Shown: positions 20,584-29,583, counted from the first letter of the stretch. The stretch is DNA of 64,000 nucleotides from an uncultured Christensenellaceae bacterium (GCA_963931165.1 OZ006985.1:207900-271899), one strand, 5' to 3'. Program-made: numbers and translations. The notes: generated by a model from the sequence alone, not told the origin.

Positions 20584-20710
20584 ATCAAGAGCATTGACAC
20601 AAAGCGGCAAAACGATAGCGTTTGCGGCGCTTTTTACTCATATTTGCTCCCGCGGACGCGACTTTGGCGCTCAAAAGCGCAAAAATACTCAAAAAAGCGC
20701 GTGCATTTTA

Positions 20711-20739
20711 TTGCTTTATGGGCGCAAGTGTGCTAAAAT
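20711..20739 (+). promoter_or_regulatory. rpsT promoter
   Basis: TTGCTT (20711-20716), 17 nt, TGcTAAAAT (-10 at 20734-20739). Confidence 0.5.
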
Positions 20740-20770
20740 GTTTTAGCAAATACGAAAACGGAGGGAACCT

Positions 20771-21043
20771 ATGCCTAACATTAAGTCCCAGAAAAAGAGA
20801 GTCGGCATCTCCGCCAAAGAGAACGAGATCAACGTCGCGAAGCGCAGCAGAGTCCGCGGCGCGATAAAGAAGTTCCAGGCGGCTGTCGAGGCGAAGGATT
20901 TCGAGAATGCGGAGAAGCTTCTGCGTGAGGCGATCTCTTTGATCGACTGCGCGAAGAACGACGGCATCTACAAGGCAGAGACGGCAAGCAGGAAGATCGG
21001 CAGACTTTCCAAGCAGCTGGACAAAGCGAAGAAAGCCGAGTGA
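20771..21043 (+). CDS. rpsT: 30S ribosomal protein S20
   Basis: MPNIKSQKKRVGISAKENEINVAKRS..KAETASRKIGRLSKQL. Confidence 0.95.
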   Translation: MPNIKSQKKRVGISAKENEINVAKRSRVRGAIKKFQAAVEAKDFENAEKLLREAISLIDCAKNDGIYKAETASRKIGRLSKQLDKAKKAE

Positions 21044-21062
21044 TTTGAACGAACGAAGTTCG

Positions 21063-21085
21063 GCGCGCCGTAAGGCGCGCTTTTT
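21063..21085 (+). terminator. intrinsic terminator (first of a tandem pair)
   Basis: GCGCGCC-gtaa-GGCGCGC followed by T5. Confidence 0.7.
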
Positions 21086-21095
21086 ATTAAGTTCG

Positions 21096-21121
21096 GTGCG
21101 CCGCAAGGCGCGCTTTTTTTG
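21096..21121 (+). terminator. intrinsic terminator (second, duplicated copy)
   Basis: GTGCGCC-gcaa-GGCGCGC followed by T8. The 30-nt unit AAGTTCGG(C/T)GCGCCG(T/C)AAGGCGCGCTTTTT is directly repeated. Confidence 0.7.
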
Positions 21122-21323
21122 TCGATCTTCGCTTTGCCGGTTTGATCGGCGTTTGCGGCGTTTGCTCAAACTCCAAGCCCGCAACGCCTTCCCCGACACG
21201 CATATCTTTACATTGTGTTTCGGCTTTCAAAGCGCAGCCGTTGAAAGTGCGGCGGACGAGACAAAGATGGTCCCGTCCGCCGCGTCATTTGAAAAAAGCG
21301 GCTCCCTTTCGGAGCCGCGCATT

Positions 21324-22295
21324 TTATCTCCAAAGCACTTCGAGCGTCTTGCGGTCGAGCACTCCCCATCTGCCGTCCTCGCGGACGATCGCCCTGCCGT
21401 CCTCGAACGGCGTCGCGACGTCGAACCTGAGCGACACCGCCTCTTCGCCCTGTTTGTCGATGTAGCCCGACTTCTCGCCGACGGTGACGGACGCAAGCCC
21501 GTCGCTGAACGAAGTCGCCGAATCAAATTTGAAGTCGATGACGACGTCGCCCTTCTTGTCGATATATCCGAGTTTGCCGTCCCTCTCCACGCAGGCGAGA
21601 TCTTCGGAGAACTCAAAGGCGTCGTCGTAATCGGGCTGTATGACGACGTTGCCCTTGCGGTCGCGGTAGCCCCACTTGCCCTTGCGGTTGAACTTGACGA
21701 TCGCGTCCGGCGGCAGCGGCTCGCGTTGCGGCTTTTCGACGACGGGCGCAGGCTCGCGCTTGCCGTAAACGATCTCGTAAAGGCTCATGCCGGCATACGG
21801 GTCGCGCTCCTTGCGCTGTTGCTTGCTCTTGCCGTCGCGACGGTCGTTTTTGTCCCTGCGGTCGTCGCGGCTATCTTTGCGGTCTTTGCCGCATTCGCCG
21901 CCCTGCCTCTTTTCATCGCGCTTTGCGCCGCTCTGCGCCTGTTCGGGCTGACGGCGGTCGCGCTTGCCTTCGGGACGAGCGTCGCGGACGGGCTTTTCGC
22001 CCTGCCCCTGCGCGGGCTGCTCGTCGTCGGGACGGAAGTCAAGCCCCAGCTTGGTAAGAGCGCCCTTGACCTCAAAGCATTGTTTTTTGCCTATGTTTTG
22101 GATGCGATACATCTCGCGCATACGGCGCGCCGCAAGATCGCGCGCAGTCGCTATGCCGCCCTTTGCGAGCAATTCCGCGGTGCGTTCGGACAATCCGAGC
22201 TCCCCGAGCGGAGTCGAAAGCGCCTTTTCGTCGCCGACCGGCGTATATTCGTCGCGCTGTTTGCGCGGGCGATTGTGTTTGAAATTTTTTCCCAT
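21324..22295 (-). CDS. RpoA-CTD-like helix-hairpin-helix / basic linker / WG-repeat protein
   Basis: N-terminus LGELGLSERTAELLAKGGIATARDLA..MYRIQNIGKKQCFEVKGAL resembles the RNA polymerase alpha CTD. C-terminus has KWGYRDRKGNVVIQPDYDDA, KLGYIDKKGDVVIDFKFDSA, KSGYIDKQGEE, GRWGVLD (WG/KWG repeats). Start at MGKNFKH (22293-22295). Confidence 0.7.
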   Translation of the reverse strand: MGKNFKHNRPRKQRDEYTPVGDEKALSTPLGELGLSERTAELLAKGGIATARDLAARRMREMYRIQNIGKKQCFEVKGALTKLGLDFRPDDEQPAQGQGEKPVRDARPEGKRDRRQPEQAQSGAKRDEKRQGGECGKDRKDSRDDRRDKNDRRDGKSKQQRKERDPYAGMSLYEIVYGKREPAPVVEKPQREPLPPDAIVKFNRKGKWGYRDRKGNVVIQPDYDDAFEFSEDLACVERDGKLGYIDKKGDVVIDFKFDSATSFSDGLASVTVGEKSGYIDKQGEEAVSLRFDVATPFEDGRAIVREDGRWGVLDRKTLEVLWR

Positions 22296-22531
22296 ATCGT
22301 TATTATACCACCGAGCGGGCAAAATGGCAACCTCTCGCGCGTGTATGAGCGCTCCGAGCGAGTCGATTTGGGGCGCATGCGGCAAAGTATTGCGCGATTT
22401 TCGCGCGCGCATATAAAAATGTATATAATTTTGAAAACATATATAAAAAGTGTTTACAAATGCCGCGCGAATGCATATAATACTACACGCAAAGACCGAC
22501 ACGTCTCAGCATATGAAAAGAGGTATGAATT

Positions 22532-23044
22532 ATGGCAAAGTATAAGAGATGCCCCCGCTGCGAACTCAATTGGATCCCCGAAGAAGAGGAATATTGCGAC
22601 GTCTGCAAGGCGGAGTTGAAGATCGGCGGCGCCAGCCTCCTCGAAGACGAAGAGGAAGAATTGTGCCCCATCTGCCACGTCAACTATCTCGAACCGGGCG
22701 AAAAGATATGCTCCTATTGCGCGCAGAAAAACCCGGACAAAGCCGATGACGACGAGCACGTCTACAACATCGACGACACCGATCGCTCGGAAGAAGACCT
22801 CGAAAAGGTCTCGTTCGACGAGCTTGCCGAAGAGGAAAGCTGGGCAGACTATGACGAGCCGTTCGACGACAACGAGAACTTCGACGACGCCGACTATGCC
22901 GACGACGAAGAAGATGACGAAGATGAAGAGGAAGAACAGTTCAAAGACGACATAGAGGACGACTTCGACTATGACATCGACAGCGTCGAGGATATCGACG
23001 AGGACGAAGAAGAGGACGAAGACCCCGGCAACGACGAAGATTGA
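22532..23044 (+). CDS. double zinc-ribbon protein with strongly acidic tail
   Basis: CPRC..CDVC and CPIC..CSYC pairs, followed by about 100 aa of D/E-rich sequence. Confidence 0.6.
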   Translation: MAKYKRCPRCELNWIPEEEEYCDVCKAELKIGGASLLEDEEEELCPICHVNYLEPGEKICSYCAQKNPDKADDDEHVYNIDDTDRSEEDLEKVSFDELAEEESWADYDEPFDDNENFDDADYADDEEDDEDEEEEQFKDDIEDDFDYDIDSVEDIDEDEEEDEDPGNDED

Positions 23045-23084
23045 CATGCCGCCCTGCGTTTAGCGGGGCGATTTTTCCAAATTT

Positions 23085-23735
23085 ATGACGATAGCCGTTT
23101 GCATAAATAACGAAAACATCGCCGACCTGATCAAAGGTCTGATGAGCGCCACCCTTCCCGACGCGCAGTTCGAGAAATATGACGCTCAAACTTTGCCATA
23201 CTTTTCCGGCACGATCTCGATGGTGCTGTGCGACGCGGAGTCGCTGTTGCACATATGGCAAAACGACAAACTCCGCGCCCACTATCTGCCGAGCAATCCG
23301 ATCGCGATGATCGTCAACATCAACGGCAAACCCGAAATATTTTACAAATCGTACACAAGCCAAGGCTTGAGAACGCTTGGCATGAAGCGCATCGGCGCCG
23401 AACCGTCGCCGATGATACCGCTGTTCCACTCTCTCGCCGAGATCACCGAAGACGGCAAGTCGGACGACTATTTTCTCTATACGGGCGGAAGTTCCGGCGG
23501 CGGTCAATTCGCGGTCCGCTACGGCGACGACACCTTGATCGCGCAATATGCCGACAATGTCAAAAGCGGTTCGCGCACCATCATTTCAGTCGCCGGAGAG
23601 CGCCGCATAGGCAGACTTCGCCTGCACAAAGACGGCGTGTCGATCGAAGGAAAATTCTACTCCTATCAAGAGTGTGAGACATTGCCGCTCTACATAATCG
23701 CACGCATCCAAAAGGTACTCAAAGGGCGCAATTGA
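23085..23735 (+). CDS. hypothetical protein (216 aa)
   Basis: Clean ORF with ordinary composition. No family recognised. Confidence 0.5.
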   Translation: MTIAVCINNENIADLIKGLMSATLPDAQFEKYDAQTLPYFSGTISMVLCDAESLLHIWQNDKLRAHYLPSNPIAMIVNINGKPEIFYKSYTSQGLRTLGMKRIGAEPSPMIPLFHSLAEITEDGKSDDYFLYTGGSSGGGQFAVRYGDDTLIAQYADNVKSGSRTIISVAGERRIGRLRLHKDGVSIEGKFYSYQECETLPLYIIARIQKVLKGRN

Positions 23736-23754
23736 ACTTAAAAGCGTAAAATTG

Positions 23755-23784
23755 TTGCCCTCTCTTTGCAAGTTTTGATATAAT
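23755..23784 (+). promoter_or_regulatory. putative promoter of TIR-MTase copy 2
   Basis: TTGCCC (23755-23760), 18 nt, TATAAT (23779-23784). RBS GAGGGA lies before ATG 23812. Confidence 0.4.
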
Positions 23785-23811
23785 TATAACATTAAACGAT
23801 GAGGGAACATT

Positions 23812-25107
23812 ATGTCTTTGACCGATCATGAATACGACTTCTTTATAAGTTATTCCAATGCAGATACCGACCCGGTCTCTTCCATTGTCGAGAGTTTGGA
23901 AAATGATTACAAAGCAAAATGCTGGTTTCAAGAAAAAGATTCCAAAGCCGAATTCATTGATGAAATCATGTCAGGGATCGAAAACTCGAAAGTGTTTATT
24001 CTGTTCATAAGCGAACACTCTGCAAACTCCTATTTTGTTTTGAACGAGATCAATCATGCAACCGAATGGCGCTGCCAAAAAGAAGACTATAAAATCATAC
24101 CGATCATAATCGACAAAACAAAGCAAGATGTTGCCGATGCGGCATACAAAAGAGTACGCTTCTATTTGGGTAGATTGAACATACTGAATGCCAATACTTT
24201 TGACTCCATAGACTCTTTGATATTGAAAATATTCGAGCAAGCGGAAATCGACTTGCCTGATAGATCTTTGCATAAAAGTCTATATCATTCGAGCGAAAGT
24301 GAAAACGCACGGCTTTGCGCTCAAAACGAAATACTCCGCAACTTTTCATCGGAATTTTTTACTAAATACACTACGCCCGATTCCTACATCCTTGATATCG
24401 GATGCGCCTCGGGGGAAAATATTATCCTAAGATTGGAAGGCATAGCTTATACCGCTCTGCTTGGATTGGATATTGACGAAAAACAAGTAGAATGCGCAAC
24501 CAATCGTTTTGGCGACAATAAAAACACTTTTCTCAAATGCGACGTCATGTCCCCCGAGCTGGATGATATTTTGGAAGACTACATGGAGCGAAACGATATT
24601 ATCGGTTTTGATGTGATCCACATTTCCGCGGTTCTGTTGCACTTGGACGATCCGCTCGACTTATTGCGACGTCTCCGCAGATATTTGAAAAAAACCGGAG
24701 TCTTGTTCATACAAGATGAGGACGACGGAGCCAATATCGTATATCCAAATTCCAAATTTTTCAATCGTGCATTTGAAATATGGGCAGATTCCGAAGAAAG
24801 CGGCGACAGGTTCTGCGGAAGGAAAATACCCTCCTATTTGTCGGCTGCCGGATATAAATATTGTAATTTGGCAAAGTGCGGAGTTTCAAACACTGCGCTC
24901 TCAAAAGATCAGCATTCGGCATTGTGGGACATTTATTTCAATTATCATCTTTGGCTTGCCGTTGAAGAAAATATGTTTCGCAATCCAAACAAAACCGCTA
25001 AGCTGTTGAACGATTATATCGCCGAATACGACACTTACAAAAAAGCCTACGATAACGGCGAGATATTTATTCAATTGGGATTCATGTTTTTCCTGGCAAG
25101 AAAATAA
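23812..25107 (+). CDS. TIR domain / class I SAM-dependent methyltransferase fusion protein (copy 2)
   Basis: N-terminus YDFFISYSNADTD..CWFQEKD..SKVFILFISEHSANSYFVLNEINHA (TIR_2-like, Glu79 at 24046-24048). C-terminus has ILDIGCASGEN, LGLDID, VIHISAVLLHL, KKTGVLFIQDEDDG. AT-rich. Confidence 0.78.
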   Translation: MSLTDHEYDFFISYSNADTDPVSSIVESLENDYKAKCWFQEKDSKAEFIDEIMSGIENSKVFILFISEHSANSYFVLNEINHATEWRCQKEDYKIIPIIIDKTKQDVADAAYKRVRFYLGRLNILNANTFDSIDSLILKIFEQAEIDLPDRSLHKSLYHSSESENARLCAQNEILRNFSSEFFTKYTTPDSYILDIGCASGENIILRLEGIAYTALLGLDIDEKQVECATNRFGDNKNTFLKCDVMSPELDDILEDYMERNDIIGFDVIHISAVLLHLDDPLDLLRRLRRYLKKTGVLFIQDEDDGANIVYPNSKFFNRAFEIWADSEESGDRFCGRKIPSYLSAAGYKYCNLAKCGVSNTALSKDQHSALWDIYFNYHLWLAVEENMFRNPNKTAKLLNDYIAEYDTYKKAYDNGEIFIQLGFMFFLARK

Positions 25108-25340
25108 TGCCATTACAATACAATTTTCCTGCCCGTGTCTGTTATCGATGTCAATGTGCGCGGAGTTTGCTTCTGTTCATCTCCTGTGAGCACGCATTCC
25201 CAATTGCCGACGAGTCGCTTTGATCGTCTGCCCGCCGTATAGAACGCGGCGTCTCTCCCCCGTCGTCCAAGCAAATTTTAGCATCGCGCGGCGGCGATGT
25301 CAAATGCTTATTTTTTATGTCCCATCATACTTCGCGGGCA

Positions 25341-25365
25341 TAAAAAACGCGCCCGAAGGCGCGTC
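25341..25365 (-). terminator. gpmI intrinsic terminator
   Basis: Minus strand reads GACGCGCC-ttcg-GGCGCGT followed by T6. Confidence 0.7.
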
Positions 25366-25382
25366 CTTTGTCGTTGGTTTTG

Positions 25383-26918
25383 TCACTTCACGAGCAGCGA
25401 ATGCCCGGTCATCTCGGACGGGATCGCGAGCCCCATCGCGTCGAGCATGGTCGGGGCGATGTCGCACAGCCTGCCGCCGTCGGCAAGCGCCTTGACGCCG
25501 TCGACGCCGATCGCGATGAACGGCACGGGGTTGGTCGTGTGCGCGGTGAACGGAGTGCCGTCCGCGTCGAACATGTGATCGCAGTTTCCGTGATCGGCGG
25601 TGACGAATGCCTGTCCGCCTACGGACAAGATCGCGTCGACGACCTTTTGAACGCACTCGTCGGTGACCTCGACCGCCTTTTTCGCCGCTTCCATGACGCC
25701 GGTGTGACCGACCATGTCACAATTTGCGAAGTTGAGGATCATCACGCCGTACTTGCCGCTCTTTATCTCCTCGACAGCCCTGTCGGCGACCTCGTACGCG
25801 CTCATCTCGGGCTTCATATCGAATGTCGCGATCTTGGGGGACGGGATGAGGATGCGATCTTCGCCCTCGTTCGGCGCCTCGACGCCGCCGTTGAAGAAGA
25901 AGGTGACGTGCGCATACTTTTGCGTCTCCGCGATGCGGAATTGCTTTATGCCCTGCTTGGCAAGATATTCGCCGAGCGTGTTGGTGTAGCTCTCGGGGCG
26001 GAACGCGACGTCGAGCGCGTCGTTGAAGGTCACGTCGTATTGAGTGAACGACACGAAGTGCGGCGCGAGGAACCCCTTCGCCCTCGGGAAGGACGCGAAG
26101 TCGGGATAGATGAACGAACGGGTGATCTGACGCGCGCGGTCGGGACGGAAGTTGAAGAAGACGACGCTGTCGCCCTCGTCGACCGTCGCGACGGGCTTGC
26201 CGCCGTCCGTAAGCACGGTCGGGATCACAAACTCGTCGGTCACGCCCTTGTCATAGCTGTTTTGCATCGCCTCGATAGGGTCGCTCTCCTCTATGCCTTT
26301 GCCGTCGACGAGCGCTTCGTATGCCTTTTGGACCCTGTCCCAAATGTTGTCGCGGTCCATCGCGTAGAATCTGCCCGAGATCGTCGCGATCTTGCCGAAG
26401 CCGAGTTTGTCCAAATGCGCTTGAAGCTGTTCGATGTAGCCCTTGCCGCTCTCGGGAGGGGTGTCCCTGCCGTCCATAAAGCAGTGGATGTAGACGTTGT
26501 CCAGCCCGCGTCTTTTCGCCATCTCGACCAGCGCGAACAGGTGGGTGATGTGGCTGTGCACGCCTCCGTCGGAGACAAGCCCCATCACATGCAGCTTTTT
26601 GCCGTCCCTCTTGGCGTCGTCCATCGCCTTGACGAGCGCGGGATTGGTGAAAAAGTCGCCGTCCTCGATCGCCTTGGTGATGCGGGTGAGTTCTTGATAG
26701 ATGACCCTGCCGGCACCGATATTGAGGTGACCGACCTCGCTGTTGCCCATCTGTCCTTCGGGAAGACCGACCGCAAGCCCGCTCGCCTTGAGCCGAGTGG
26801 AGGGATATTTGTCCTGCATCGCGATCACTCGCGGAGAAGTCTCGGGCGAGATCGCGTTGTCGGGACCGTACGGAGCGATGCCGTAGCCGTCCATGATGAT
26901 AAGTCCTGTGAATTTCAT
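25383..26918 (-). CDS. gpmI: 2,3-bisphosphoglycerate-independent phosphoglycerate mutase
   Basis: LIIMDGYG..GNSEVGHLNIGAGR..VSDGGVHSH..TADHGN, 511 aa. Confidence 0.95.
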   Translation of the reverse strand: MKFTGLIIMDGYGIAPYGPDNAISPETSPRVIAMQDKYPSTRLKASGLAVGLPEGQMGNSEVGHLNIGAGRVIYQELTRITKAIEDGDFFTNPALVKAMDDAKRDGKKLHVMGLVSDGGVHSHITHLFALVEMAKRRGLDNVYIHCFMDGRDTPPESGKGYIEQLQAHLDKLGFGKIATISGRFYAMDRDNIWDRVQKAYEALVDGKGIEESDPIEAMQNSYDKGVTDEFVIPTVLTDGGKPVATVDEGDSVVFFNFRPDRARQITRSFIYPDFASFPRAKGFLAPHFVSFTQYDVTFNDALDVAFRPESYTNTLGEYLAKQGIKQFRIAETQKYAHVTFFFNGGVEAPNEGEDRILIPSPKIATFDMKPEMSAYEVADRAVEEIKSGKYGVMILNFANCDMVGHTGVMEAAKKAVEVTDECVQKVVDAILSVGGQAFVTADHGNCDHMFDADGTPFTAHTTNPVPFIAIGVDGVKALADGGRLCDIAPTMLDAMGLAIPSEMTGHSLLVK

Positions 26919-27203
26919 AAAAACCTCTTTGGCTTTCGCCTCAAAATTTTGCCTTTGCGGCTTTTTCGGCTATATTTTAGCACAACGCAAAAATATAGTC
27001 AATCTCCTGACCGCACACAAAATTGCGGACGCAGATCCTAAATTCAGGCGTCAAAAGCGTATTAACGGTCAATTGTCCGCATTTTGCCCTGTTTTTTGGT
27101 ATTGCCTAAAATGCGTGCACAACTACAAAAAGTGCAATATAATTGATATAATAATATTGTTAGACAGACGGAGATCTCCTTCCGGCTGTCACGGAGATCA
27201 GGT

Positions 27204-27416
27204 ATGACACTGCAGGAGCAAATTTCGGAAAACATCAAGGCTGAGATCCTCGCCTCCGACAAGACAAAGAGTCAGATCGCCGCGGAGATCGGCGTGTCCA
27301 AACCCACTTTGTCGCAATATCTGTCGGGAAGGATCCAACCGTCGCTGCTCACCTTTGCAAAACTTTGTAAGGCGATCGGCGCGTCTGCGGACGAGATCCT
27401 CGGCTTGACAAAATAA
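27204..27416 (+). CDS. XRE-family helix-turn-helix transcriptional regulator (70 aa)
   Basis: KSQIAAEIGVSKPTLSQYLSGRIQPSLLTFAKLCKAIGASADEILGL is a typical HTH_3 pattern. Confidence 0.75.
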   Translation: MTLQEQISENIKAEILASDKTKSQIAAEIGVSKPTLSQYLSGRIQPSLLTFAKLCKAIGASADEILGLTK

Positions 27417-27446
27417 GCCGTCGCTCACTTATCCGTTTTTCGGCAA

Positions 27447-27485
27447 CAAAAAATTGCCGCGGTCACTCCGCGGCAATTTTTTGCC
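27447..27485. terminator. bidirectional intrinsic terminator (tpiA and the XRE gene)
   Basis: AAATTGCCGCGG-tcact-CCGCGGCAATTT, flanked by A-runs and T-runs on both sides. Confidence 0.75.
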
Positions 27486-27491
27486 ATTTTT

Positions 27492-28247
27492 TCAGCCGTT
27501 GTATTTGACGACCTGCGAGAAGTCGACCGCTTTGAGCGACGCTCCTCCGATCAGTCCGCCGTCGATCTGAGGCATCGCCATCAGCTCTTTGGCGTTCTTG
27601 GGATTCATCGAGCCGCCGTATTGGATGCGAACTCTCTCCTCGGCGTTCTTCTCGCCGTAGAGCTCGCCCATAGTGCGGCGAATGATCGCGATCGTGTCGT
27701 TCGCGTCCTGAGCGGTAGCGGTCTTGCCGGTGCCGATCGCCCAAACGGGCTCGTACGCGATGACGATGTTGTCAAGGTCTGCGGCGTCGACGCCGTCGAA
27801 CGCGCCCTTGGTCTGTCTGACGAGCACTTCTTCGACCTTGCCGCCCTCTCTCTCCTCAAGGGTCTCTCCGACGCAGATGATGGGTTTGAGTCCCTTTGCA
27901 AGCGCGGTCTTGACGCGCTTGTTGACGGTCTCGTCCGTCTCGCCGAAGTATTGACGGCGCTCGCTGTGTCCGATGATGACGTACTCGACGCCCTGTTCGA
28001 GCAGCATATCGGCGCTGATCTCGCCGGTGAAAGCTCCCTTTTCAGCCCAATGCACGTTCTCCGCGCCCAGCTTGATGTTGGTGCCCTTGATCGCGTCGCC
28101 CGCAGCCCAAATGCTGGTGTACGGCACGCAGATGACGACCTCCGCCTCGGCGTCCGCGACGAGCGGGATGAGATCGTTGAGCAGCGCATAGGTCTGCGCC
28201 TTGGTGTTGTTCATCTTCCAGTTGCCTGCAATGATGGGTCTTCTCAT
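27492..28247 (-). CDS. tpiA: triose-phosphate isomerase
   Basis: IIAGNWKMN..IIGHSERR..AYEPVWAIGTG..YGGS. Confidence 0.95.
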   Translation of the reverse strand: MRRPIIAGNWKMNNTKAQTYALLNDLIPLVADAEAEVVICVPYTSIWAAGDAIKGTNIKLGAENVHWAEKGAFTGEISADMLLEQGVEYVIIGHSERRQYFGETDETVNKRVKTALAKGLKPIICVGETLEEREGGKVEEVLVRQTKGAFDGVDAADLDNIVIAYEPVWAIGTGKTATAQDANDTIAIIRRTMGELYGEKNAEERVRIQYGGSMNPKNAKELMAMPQIDGGLIGGASLKAVDFSQVVKYNG

Positions 28248-28263
28248 GATATACCTCTCAAAA

Positions 28264-29583
28264 TTACTTCTTGTCGTTGAGGCACGCGATGCCCGGGAGC
28301 ACCTTGCCTTCGAACAGCTCGAGCGACGCGCCGCCGCCCGTGGAGATGTGGGTCATCTTGTCCGCAAAGCCGAGCTGCTTGACCGCAGCCGCACTGTCGC
28401 CGCCGCCGATAATGGTCGTCGCGTCCTTTGCGTCCGCCATCGCCTGAGCGACAGCGATCGTGCCCTTCGCGAGCGTCGGGTTCTCGAACACGCCCATAGG
28501 ACCGTTCCAGATGACCGTCTTCGCGCCCTTGATGACGTCGGCGAACAGCTTCTTTGTCTTGTCGCCGATGTCGAGCCCCATCTTGTCTGCGGGGATCGCG
28601 TTCACGTCGACCGTCTCGACCGCGATCTCGGCGTCGATGGGATCGGGGAACGCCGCCGCGACGACGGTGTCGACCGGCAGATAGATGGTCTTGCCGAGCT
28701 CTTTCGCCTTGGCGAGCATGTCCTTGCAATAGTCCATCTTCTCGTTGTCGACCAGCGACTTGCCGACCTCGTAGCCCTGCGCCGCGAGGAAAGTGTAAGC
28801 CATGCCGCCGCCGATGATGAGACTGTCGCACTTGTTGAGCAGGTTGTCGATGACCTTGAGCTTGTCCGCGACCTTCGCACCGCCGAGCACCGCGACGAAC
28901 GGTCTCTCGGGCGCCTCGAGCGCGTGAGCCATGACTTTGAGCTCCTTCTCGATCAGGAAGCCGCAGACCGCGGTCTTGACAAAGCCGTATTCGACGATCG
29001 CCGCGGTCGACGCGTGCGAACGGTGCGCGGTGCCGAACGCGTCGTTGACATAGATGTCGCAATAGGAAGCGAGCTGACGGCAGAACTCTTCGCCTCTGCC
29101 CTCCTCCTCTGCGTAGAAGCGCAGATTCTCGAGCAGTACGCACTCACCGTTCTTGCATGCGGCGACCTTCGCCTTGGCGTCCTCGCCGACGACGTCCTTT
29201 GCGAACGTCACCTTGCCGCCGAGTAGCTCGTTGAGCCTGTCGGCAACCGGTTTGAGCGTGAGTTTGACGGGATCGTTTTTGAGCGCCTTGGCGATGTACG
29301 CCTCTGTCGCTGCTGCTCTCTCGTTCTCGGGAAGAGCCTCGACCGCCTTCTTCTCCTTCTTGGTCAGACCGACCTTTGCGCTGAGAATGCTGTGCGGCTT
29401 GCCCATGTGCGAGCAAAGGATGACCTTTGCGCCGTGCTGCATCAAATATTCGATCGTCGGCAACGCGCCGATGATGCGGGTATCGTCGGTGATCACGCCG
29501 TCCTTCATCGGGACGTTGAAGTCCACTCTGACGAGGCAGCGCTTGCCGTTGACGTCTACGTCTCTGATTGTCATCTTGTCCAT
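28264..29583 (-). CDS. pgk: phosphoglycerate kinase (with an internal insertion)
   Basis: [37 protein letters not shown]. At 439 aa it is longer than the usual ~395-400. Confidence 0.95.
   Translation of the reverse strand: MDKMTIRDVDVNGKRCLVRVDFNVPMKDGVITDDTRIIGALPTIEYLMQHGAKVILCSHMGKPHSILSAKVGLTKKEKKAVEALPENERAAATEAYIAKALKNDPVKLTLKPVADRLNELLGGKVTFAKDVVGEDAKAKVAACKNGECVLLENLRFYAEEEGRGEEFCRQLASYCDIYVNDAFGTAHRSHASTAAIVEYGFVKTAVCGFLIEKELKVMAHALEAPERPFVAVLGGAKVADKLKVIDNLLNKCDSLIIGGGMAYTFLAAQGYEVGKSLVDNEKMDYCKDMLAKAKELGKTIYLPVDTVVAAAFPDPIDAEIAVETVDVNAIPADKMGLDIGDKTKKLFADVIKGAKTVIWNGPMGVFENPTLAKGTIAVAQAMADAKDATTIIGGGDSAAAVKQLGFADKMTHISTGGGASLELFEGKVLPGIACLNDKK

Noticed and set aside
21045-22619. 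524-aa plus-strand ORF overlapping the WG-repeat gene
   Set aside because: It is antisense to a gene with clear WG repeats and an HhH domain. It begins inside the rpsT terminators and its composition is shadow-like.
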